DNA of 64,000 nucleotides. Origin: Macrostomum lignano (lineage: Eukaryota). The DNA is taken from the NCBI GenBank assembly GCA_002269645.1, contig NIVC01002985.1, forward strand, positions 63,377 through 127,376, written 5' to 3'. The position numbers were made by a program, and so were the translations under genes. This document shows positions 37,784 to 47,163 of the stretch, one piece after another (position 1 is the stretch's first letter; each line of letters starts with the position of its first letter). Below the pieces are notes generated by a model. That model saw only the letters and a list, made by a program, of their open reading frames with translations. It made no database searches and had not been told where the DNA came from.

Positions 37784-40700
37784 TCAGCTGGAGTCCGATT
37801 CGCTACCGCTTGAGTCGCTACCGCTTGACGAGTAGTCCGAGCTTGATGAGCTGCTGGACTCGCTGACTACTGCAATATTTGGGGGGGGAGTCCGGTATGG
37901 TTTATTAAATTTATGCCAGATCGCATTAAATTGGATTCAAGATCCCATCATTCAAGATCATATCATTCAAGATCCCATTATTCAAGATCCCATCATTCAA
38001 GATCCCATTATTCAAGATCCCATCATTCAAGATCCCATTATTCAAGATCATATCATTCAAGATCCCATTATTCAAGATCCCATCATTCAAGATCCCATCA
38101 TTCAAGATCCCATCATTCAAGATCCCATTGTAACTGATCGATACAGCAATACCAATATCAGCAACAGCACTGACCCCTCTTGCACGGTACGCGCCGACCA
38201 ACTGGCGGATGAGTGACCGGCTTGTGAGCCGGCTGCGGGGGCGGCGGCTGCTGCTGCGCCTGCGCAGGCGGTTGCGGCGGCTGCTGCTGCGCCTGCGCAG
38301 GTGGTTGCGGCGGCTGCTGCGGTGGCGCCTGCGGAGGCTGCAGCGCCTGCTGCTGCACAGACTTGACGTACCGCTCCAATTCGCGCAGGGTGGCGTGCTG
38401 CAGAGTCTCAAAGTCGATTTCAATCTCGTCTGGATTGGAGTCGCGCAGTGTCGGCTCCCTCTGCTGGATGATCTGCACTACGCGGCCGAGTCGGTCGCCA
38501 GGCAGGTTGTTGATGTCCACAGACAGCTGCCGCTTCTCGTCGTAGGTCATCGGCAGGACCACCTCCTGCTGCTCGGCTGTTGAAGCCGGCCAGGATTGGC
38601 CCGAAGCCGCCGCAGCAGCAGCAGCCACCGCTGGCTTCCTGCCTCGCTTAGCACCGCCGCCGTTGCCATTATTGAGGCCGCCGTCTGCTGACTTCTTTGT
38701 CCGCTTAACCTTTGCTGCCGGCGCCGGCGACACAGTTACCGAATTTGCTGTCGTTGTTGTCATCATCGAGGCCTGCGACTGCGAATTGCTTGACACCGCC
38801 GACGGCTGCTGCTGGGACTGCGGAGGCGGCGGCTGCGGCACCCCAGCCGTGGTTTGCCTTCGACGGCGTTGCTTTTTCACTGCCGCAGGCTGCTGCTGGG
38901 ACAGGCCGCTCAGCACTCCGCCAGCGGCAGCCGATGCTGCCGACTGCGACGCTGGCGACGGGGGCACGTAGAACTGGCGGGCCGATAGGACTGAGCGGAT
39001 ATCGTCTACGCAGGACTTCATCTGGAATGAGGGGTGGGAGTTGTGGCTCTGAAATCGGACGGCTTGAGGCCGAGACAGATGGTTGGGAGGCTGGCCCAGC
39101 AACTGAGGATCTGGGAGGCTGGCCCAGCAACTGAGGATCTGGGAGGCTGGCCCAGCAACTGAGGATCTGGGAGGCTGGCCCAGCAACTGAGGATCTGGGA
39201 GGCTGGCCCAGCAACTGAGGATCTGGGAGGCTGGCCCAGCAACTGAGGATCTGGGAGGTTGGTGGCACAGCAACTGAGGATCTGGGAGGCTGGCCCAGCA
39301 ACTGAGGATCTGGGAGGTTGGTGGCACAACAACTGAGGATCTGGGAGGCTGGCCCAGCAACTGGGGATCTGGGAGGCTGGCCCAGCAACCGAGGATCTGG
39401 GAGGCTGGCCCAGCAACTGGGGATCTGGGAGGTTGGTGGCACAACAACTGAGGATCTGGGAGGCTGGCCCAGCAACTGGGGATCCAACAGACCGCAGGTC
39501 AAACCTGAGCAAACAGGTCCTCAACTCGCATGGACAGCTCGCGGACCCTCGCCATGTCAGCTGGCGAGGCAGCAAGGGTGGCTGGCGAAGGCGGCACCGC
39601 TGGAGTCGGTGGCAGCTTTGCGGGCACCTGCGGCTGCTGCTGCAGTTTTGGTTGCTGCTTGACCTGTGTCTGTTGCTTCTGCTGCACTCCGGAGCACATT
39701 TTAGGAAAATGCTCATTAAAATATTTGAGCAACTCCTTGCCCAGCCGGTGCACCTCAGACTGAGACGGGTTGTACTTGAAGCAGTTGTCCAGCATCAGTC
39801 GAAAGTCCGAGGCGAACTGCTCAGGCTCTGAGTAGCTACCGGACTCCAACTTTTTCCGCATAGTGGACAAGTCCATAGGATGGCTGACAATGTCCAAGTA
39901 GTCTGTCAGGCCAAGGCCCACAACGTCTACGGGCTCCAGGAAGGGCCAGCTGATGGCCTGCGTTTTGGAAAATAGCGAGTAATTTTCTTACTTGTTACTT
40001 TAAGTAGCCGCAAAGCGCTTAATAAATATAAACCAGAGCGATGTTTATTATAATAATTTAGTATTCATGTAGAATTGTAGGGCGATCATATTAGTAGGCA
40101 ATTTAAATTGGTTCCTTAAATCAATCTCAAACCTGAATTATAGAAGTCCCTTATTATTCAAAACCCTAATTATCCCAAACCTTATTTATCCCAAACCCTA
40201 ACTATCCCAACCACAATTACTCCAAACCCTGATTATCCTAATTGTAGTTATCACAAACCCTGATTATCCCAATTGTAGTTATCCCAAACCCTAATTATTC
40301 CAATCTGAAATTATCCTAAGCCATGATTATCCAAAACCCTAATTTTCCCAAACACTTTACACTTAGCCAGACATAGGAAAAGCGCAAGGCCGTGTCAAAG
40401 TTTGTGGCAAGCATCCACCGTTCATGTCAAAGTTTCCTTGCTCTTTAGGAACTGAACAATAAAAAATACGAAATACAAACGTGCTTTGGGATAATTCTGG
40501 TTTATGATAATTAGCGTTTAGGATCATTGGGGTTGGCATAATTGGGGGTTGGGATAATAAGGGTTTGGGATAATCGGTATTGGGATAACTAGGGTTTGGG
40601 ATAATCGGGATTGGGATAACTAGGGTTTGGGATAGTTGGGGTTGGGATAATAAGGGTTTGGGATAATCGGGATTGGGATAACTAGGGTTTGATATAATCG

Positions 40701-41568
40701 GGATTGGGATAACTACGGTTTGGGATAATTTGTTAGGAGCTTTTTGTTAGGGTCGGCAGATAAATAACCGGCAATAAAGCCAGCCTTATAAATTTTTTTC
40801 TTCAGAAAATGAGTTGCCAATCTTAAGTACGTACTGTACTTTCGTGCAGTCCTGATGGCTTACCTGCAATTTAACTGTAGTCAACTCTTTCAACAGCTGG
40901 GCGCATGGGCGCATTCGCTCAGGCAAATTGGCGCTTAGCAGTGACGCGGCGCTGACGCCGCTAACGCCATTTGTTGAAGCCAACGACGCAGGCGACGGCG
41001 TCGGCGGCGGCGTCAGCTTGGGCTTCTTGATCGCCTGTATCGATGACAGGCCAGACATGGAGGTCGCTGTACCGCCAAGTGACACGGCCTTGCGCTTCAC
41101 AACAGCCGAGTGCTGATCGTGCACTCGGTGGTGGTGACCGCTAGACGTGCCGCTATGGATCTCCAGCTCATTAGCCGGGCAATGGCGCATTTTATCGCGA
41201 AACACGGCCTCAACAGCTTCAGCCATCAGAACCACATCTTCTCCTGGCCTGTTAAATATGAAGCAGTTTAGAAAGATGCTATTGATATCGTCTATGCAGT
41301 CTTGGCCGCGTTGGTAGAACTTGCCGCTATTCAATCGATTTTTAACCGTCCCCAGATCCATGGGCTTCAGCACTATCCTGGGATAGTCTGGTATGCCCAG
41401 CTTCACCGGATCAACCGGAGTCTTGAATGGCCAAGAATTTGGCAGCTTCATCAGTGCTGGCAGGGCGATTCGTTTGATGTAATCCAACCTGTTGCTCCAG
41501 TACCGACGCTTGGGCGGAGGTGGCGGTGCCAGCTGCTGTGCCTGCAACTCTGAACTCTGCTGCTGCAT
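37784..41568 (-). CDS. BET-family bromodomain protein (BRD2/3/4, fs(1)h-like), short form, 696 aa
   Basis: Exons (minus): 40864-41568, 39505-39957, 38175-39021, 37784-37869; 2091 nt, phases consistent. BD1 ([25 protein letters not shown]), BD2 ([24 protein letters not shown]), ET domain ([43 protein letters not shown]), terminal Ser-rich SEED-like exon. Confidence 0.92.
37935..38130. repeat. 15-bp minisatellite TTCAAGATCCCATCA, BET intron 3
   Basis: Direct reading. Confidence 0.95.
39083..39490. repeat. 28-bp minisatellite GGAGGCTGGCCCAGCAACTGAGGATCTG (with a 31-bp variant), BET intron 2
   Basis: Direct reading. Confidence 0.95.
40150..40730. mobile_element. Foldback-like element in BET intron 1
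   Basis: Degenerate array of TTATCCCAAACCCTAA-like units (40150-40350) facing its reverse complement array (GGGTTTGGGATAA; 40490-40730) across a unique spacer of about 140 bp. Confidence 0.6.
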
Positions 41569-41779
41569 GCTTCTCCTTGCTAAACAGTTGAGAAACTGTT
41601 TGACTCAAAACAAATTATTTTGAGTCTTCTCTGTATTGTGCAGATAGAATTTTGAATGTGTTAAAATGCTCAGTTGGGTCAAGTTAATGCGAGTTGTTTG
41701 AATAATGCTGAAAAATCAAATATAAAGATATGGGTTAAGGAAATTAATGTAATTGTCTTCTAATTAGGCTATTAGATAG

Positions 41780-42345
41780 CCCCATAGGAAAAAGTTGTAA
41801 AACCGCGGACAGTGTCCGGTGCACTTTTGGAATTTTTCTAAAGCGCAGCGCGCGCACAGGCGCAGCGCCTGCGCGCGCGCTGCCCTTTCTTACTGGCTGC
41901 TGCTTTAGCAAATACATATATATGGAAATGGGTATAATACCTCTGTGGAAGGGGCTTATAAACTTGTAATTTATTAAGCTTAGAGATGTTCCAAAAATTC
42001 AATTTCAATTTTCCAAAATTTGAAATTTTTTAGAGCAAATTTCAATTTTGAAAAAAATTTAGAAGTAAAAATTTTGGTAGTGTCTAAAAAGTCACTAAAA
42101 ATAAACTAATTTCTACTACATATATACATGTATTACTTTTTGCTTAAGCAGAAAAAGTGAGTGTTGATCATACTAAACTTTATTTTTCTGAATTATGATT
42201 TTGGGAAATTTCAATTTTGATTTTGGAAAGTTAGCGAATTTTGTTTTCTTTCAGAACATCTCTAATAATCCTAAAGCGCGGTAAAATAGTTTGACTCTTT
42301 TCTAAAGCACGCGTCCGCGGGTTTTCAACATTTATTCCAATAGGG
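41780..42345. mobile_element. Non-autonomous TIR element with 8-bp TSD
   Basis: Imperfect TIR of about 30 bp (CCCCATAGGAAAAAGTTGTAAAACCGCGGAC vs reverse complement CCCTATTGGAATAAATGTTGAAAACCCGCGGAC). TTAGATAG at 41772-41779 and 42346-42353. Confidence 0.65.
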
Positions 42346-43020
42346 TTAGATAGTATAGATACTTGATGGCATTGGTAACTTCTCATAGCATAGAAAAATG
42401 CTAAAGTGTTAATCTGTTAATAAGCGTTAATAAGTGTTAAGATTTTTCTTTACTGTTAATATACTGCCATTAAGATTTCTTTGCACAATCGTAACAGATT
42501 AACGAATTTGTGTTAATAACTTTGTGAGTTAATGACAAATTATCATTAATGTTAATAAAATGTAATAATGTTAATGACCAATGAGTTTGACAAGAAGTTA
42601 CAACATTATGAATGAATTTGAATTTACACTAATGTCTAAATAATCTCATTGTTTATGATGATCATCATGGAATTGTAAAAACTTCTTTACTAATGAACTT
42701 TAATATTGAATTAAAATTGTGAACTTTATTGCTTGCATGTGAGCATCAATTGCTTTGATTCACTTCTTTCATAATATTTTGTAACTTTCTGCTACACCTG
42801 CTAATGCTACTGTAACAACCTTCCCATTCATATTTTATCATTAATCAACTAGCTTTCAAGTTTCAAGTAAAAAAGTTACTTTTTACCATATGCTTACTTT
42901 TAGTAGTAGTATTATTATAGATACAAGTTTTTACAATTATTATATATTACTTTTTTGCTTGTAAATTGCTTGGATGACCTCTGTGTTTCACTAAAAAGAT
43001 GGAAAAGCAAAGACAGTGCA

Positions 43021-43196
43021 TTATGAAGTTTGCTTTGAAAAAAATGCAAGATTTCTGTATTTTCTATGTTAACTTTAACAGATTAATGCTTATTAACAAT
43101 TATCAGTTCATTTTCAGTTAACTTAATGAAATTAAGAGTTAATAAGTTAAGATTTTTTTGTAATACACTAATGCTTTTTCCATTAATGGAAGTTAA
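43021..43196. repeat. Dispersed repeat, second copy of 21229-21400
   Basis: TTATGAAGT..TTTGAAAAAA.TGCAAGATTTCTG..GATTAATGCTTATTAACAATTATC..TTTTCAGTTAACTTAA shared. Confidence 0.7.
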
Positions 43197-43489
43197 GCTT
43201 ACATTTGAAAACATATTTGGATATTTAGATTTAGATTCAGAAATTTGCAAAAAATCCATATTTGGTTCATCTTGGTTCACTAGAGTTAGAATATATAAAA
43301 GTATGAGGCCAACTCTTCCATTGGTGGAGTAAAGGGATAAAAACTCCCATTACCAGAATTTCATTCTGTGAAATCCATCAGCTGAATCCATGACCCAAGT
43401 TCCATTAAATTCTCTCAAATCCTCTATAAAACCTCTCAAATACCATATTTTGTTTTCCCTGTTTGCAAAAACTGATTGTATATATCATC

Positions 43490-44140
43490 AAGACTAAGAC
43501 TCTCTCTTGTCTTCTGTCTCTTCTTTGCTTTTTTCTCTCATCTTAATTCTCTTATCTATCATTTCTTCTCTCTGCACTCTCATATCTACTCTCTTCTTTT
43601 CTCTCTTCTATCTCATTTCTCTACTCTTCTCTTTCCTCTTTTTTTCTCCTTTTCCTCTCTCCCCCTTCTTTCCTCTTGTCTCTTCTCTTATATCTCTCTT
43701 CCACTCTCACCTTTCTCCTCTTTCTCTTCTTCCCTTGCTTCTATCTTTTTCTCTTCTTTTCTCTCCCCTTTCCTTTTGTCTCTTTCCTCTTTCCTGTTCT
43801 CTCCTATTTATCTTTTTCTCTCTTATCTTACATCTCTACTCTTATATCTTTTTTCTCTTCTACTTTGACCTCTCTTTATTCTTTTCTCTCTCTTTTCTGC
43901 TCTTATGTCTCATATGTATATTGTCTCTATTCTTTCTTTTTTCATCACTCATCTTTACTTTCTCCTCTCTACCATCTCTTGTCTCCTCTCTACTCTCTTC
44001 TCTTCTTTCTCCCTCTTCATTTCTGCCTCACTCCCTTTTCTCTCCCCTCTTTTATCTTTAATATTTCCTCTCTCATATCTACTCTCTTTTCTATTATCTC
44101 TCTTATCATCTCCTTTCTTTCTTTTCTTTACTCTCTTATC
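43490..44140. repeat. CT-rich low-complexity tract
   Basis: Direct reading. Confidence 0.9.
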
Positions 44141-45384
44141 TGACTGATTAAAGGCACCAATAATAAAACCAATTGACAAAAATATTACAAAAATTAGACC
44201 TGGGATAGTTAGGGACAATTAGGGACTATTATATAAACTTAAGCTTATAAGGTAGAATCCTTAATTGTCCCCTTGTTTGTTCTTTTTATCATAGATCATT
44301 TTTAGTATTTTTTAACAAACTTAGCTTCCTAGTGTCACTGTGAGCCTGGCTGGCTAGCTGATCTACTTAGCTATAGATATAAGATAATAAACTAGGCTTT
44401 ATACTTATACTTAATTTAGGGCTAATATTATAACAATTTATTTAAATATAGGGCCTAGCAATTGATAGATGTCTTAAAAACCTAAAAATATAGTACTAAT
44501 TTAAGGCAAGCTAGATACTGTTTAGGAGTTCTAAGTATATATTATCTTTTTTATAAATATATTTAATAAGTATTTAAAGCTATGAATCTGATTCTTTAAG
44601 ATTTAATTAATATTTTAGCTAATCAATTTTGAAATATGTATAGGGCTTAATCTATATAAAAAGGCCTAGTCTAAAAGACTAGGGCCTAGACTTTTGCAAC
44701 TTTTGTTAGGCCTAGGCCTACTTACTCTAGGCCTTGTCTAGTCAAAGACAGGAAGCTTAATATTATAAGTTGAAATATGCTTTGATCTTAAAGTTAAATT
44801 TAATGCTTAAATTATATTTGCCCTAGCCCTAGGCCCTACTCTACTAAACTAAGTTTAACCAATAGCTAGGCCCTACTAGGCATATGCCGCATAATCCTGC
44901 ATATTAGGGCCTATTATTACTATATTAGTTAGTTCTAACTAGTAAATATGGCATAGGCCCCGCCCCCCTATGTAACACCTAGGGGCCTAGCTACTGGTTA
45001 AACTAGACCCTTAGGCTTAGCCTAGCTATTTATAATATTCGACTAGGGCCTAAGCTATCTTTTATTGACAAGGCTACATAGGCCTAGTTATAGGCTACTT
45101 GTTATAGGCTAGGGCCTACCTAGTTTTTGAGCAGTTGCTTGAAGAAAAAATAAATCCATTTTTGTTTAAAATCAATTTACTTAGACTTAGAGATAAGCCT
45201 AAGGCCTAGTGGGTCTTTGGTCTAGGGCCTACTAAGTAGGGCCTATGCTTTACTTTTTAACATAGGGCTTAATTAGGCCTAGCAAAGAAGTATAATAATG
45301 TTGCAATTACTTTCAACGAAAAGTAAACAAATAGCAAACTTTTACACATATGCCCTAGTAGCCTAACTGAAACTGGGAAATTCG

Positions 45385-46126
45385 TAGTGATGGATCGAAA
45401 TTCGATTTCGATTTCGATATTCGAAATTCGAAACTAATTTTGCATCGAAATATTTTCGATTTCGATTTCGAATTTCGACACCATTCATCGAAAATCATTT
45501 CGAAATTTTGGTTATATTTTAACAATTTAGACATTGATGATCATGCTACACGAGTAAGAAAATCTATAGGAAGTGAAAGGAAGTGCGGTTCAAAGACTCA
45601 GTGGGGAGGAGAGAATCGCCTTTTCTACAAGAAAAGGTTGCGCGGGACACACACTGTTCCAGGCCTTGTGCTGCACCCACCTCAACCTCCACAAGCCCAC
45701 TGGCTGAACTCATCGGCGTGGATTTTAATTGGCTAAAAACTTAAAGCCTTAATGAAATGGATATAGGCTACTCGTATCTAGATCTTCAGCTTAAACAGCA
45801 GTGAAGTATAATACAACTTCTACTGTATTTCTATGTACGAGTGTATAATACATAATACACCAGCATTTTCTATTTCGTATTTTTAAAGTAAGTTAAATCT
45901 AAAGTATTCTGGTTTAAACATATCAAAGATACTTTTTATAAAACATGTAAGCTCATGCATGCAGAGGCAAGGTGTTAACCTTTTTGCATGATTAGCGAAA
46001 AAGTAAAAATTTGTTAAGCTCAAAAAATTTCGATTTCGATTTCGATTTCAATTTCGATTTCGATTCTAAGGAACCGAAAATTTCGATTTCGATTTCGATT
46101 TGAAAAATAATTTCGATCCATCACTA
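45385..46126. mobile_element. hAT-type MITE, 742 bp
   Basis: Perfect 18-bp TIR TAGTGATGGATCGAAATT. 8-bp TSD GAAATTCG at 45377-45384 and 46127-46134. Subterminal (TTTCGA)n arrays. Confidence 0.88.
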
Positions 46127-46659
46127 GAAATTCGTGTTCAAGTTTCAGCTCAATATTTGTCTGCCTCTAAACAAAAGTGCATCTTATAGCTCAGATATTC
46201 CGAAGAACGAAGCTCTCTTTAGGGCCTTTTCATATTGCTTGTTCTGGTTCCAGAACCAGAACCAATTTGTGAAGTATAACTTTTTGTCTGCATAACTAGA
46301 GGGAGATGCGTGCTATAAAGTTTTTATTATTGAATGACAATCGCTAAGAAGAAAGTGAAAATTTGTGCTAAGTGAGTTTGTTAAGGCAGTCAAACATTCA
46401 ACAGAATTAAATAGTTATACTGCTGTTTTTCTTGGAAGATCCGAACCGATTCTGATTCTGGAATTGGTAATATTGTGGTAGGCGCGAGCACGGCCACCCA
46501 CTGCGCGTAATCCACCGTCTGGATGACTCGATGAACCGTCATTCCCGGCGTGTAAATCTGTGACACACAATGTAACTTTCCTTCCCACCACCTGGCTAAG
46601 TTTTGTTTTTCCGTGCTTTTCCATGGGGTCCACCCGGTGCCATTTTCGTCACCACCCGG

Positions 46660-47163
46660 TGTAGGCTACCCGATCTTTTCCTTTGCGTGTAACTCTCCTC
46701 CCGCCCGGGGTAACCCGCTTCCTCCCGGTGGTTCCTGAGAGCCTAATTTAAGAGTCTGCGCCCCGCCTTTCCCAGCCAGACTCTCGTGGCCTTTGCCCGA
46801 ACTCCTGAGGATTCCAGTAGACCCTACTCAGACCATTACGAGAGGCCCCATATTTTGTAAGCCCAACCTCCCGACCCGACCAGCTCCTCGCCTTTTCAAT
46901 TTAACAGTTTGACAGCAACATCTAAGTTTTAATCATTGCTTATAGTGCGTGCAACCTAAGTTTTAATAATAATCTAGTTTTCCAGCTTCGGCCATTATTT
47001 ATTCTCGGCCTGACTTTATTGTGTGTGAAACGGTGTCTTAGCCTTCGTGATCTCGGAAGCACTCTATTTAGACCTTAGAGGTCTACTGAGAAGCGCTAGA
47101 GCGAACTCTAGCCAGTTTCAAGCTTTGGAGCTTTTCCCGCGTACAATCGCGGTGGTGGCAGCG
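46660..47163 (+). mobile_element. Putative LTR (TGTA...TACA, 46660-47145) followed by PBS-like TGGTGGCAGCG
   Basis: LTR-type termini and a PBS-like motif at 47153. No second LTR or pol ORF found. Confidence 0.35.

Noticed and set aside
38158-39716. Long overlapping ORFs (429, 265, 232 aa)
   Set aside because: BET exon 3 read back into the 28-bp intronic repeat, or alternative frames of BET exons.
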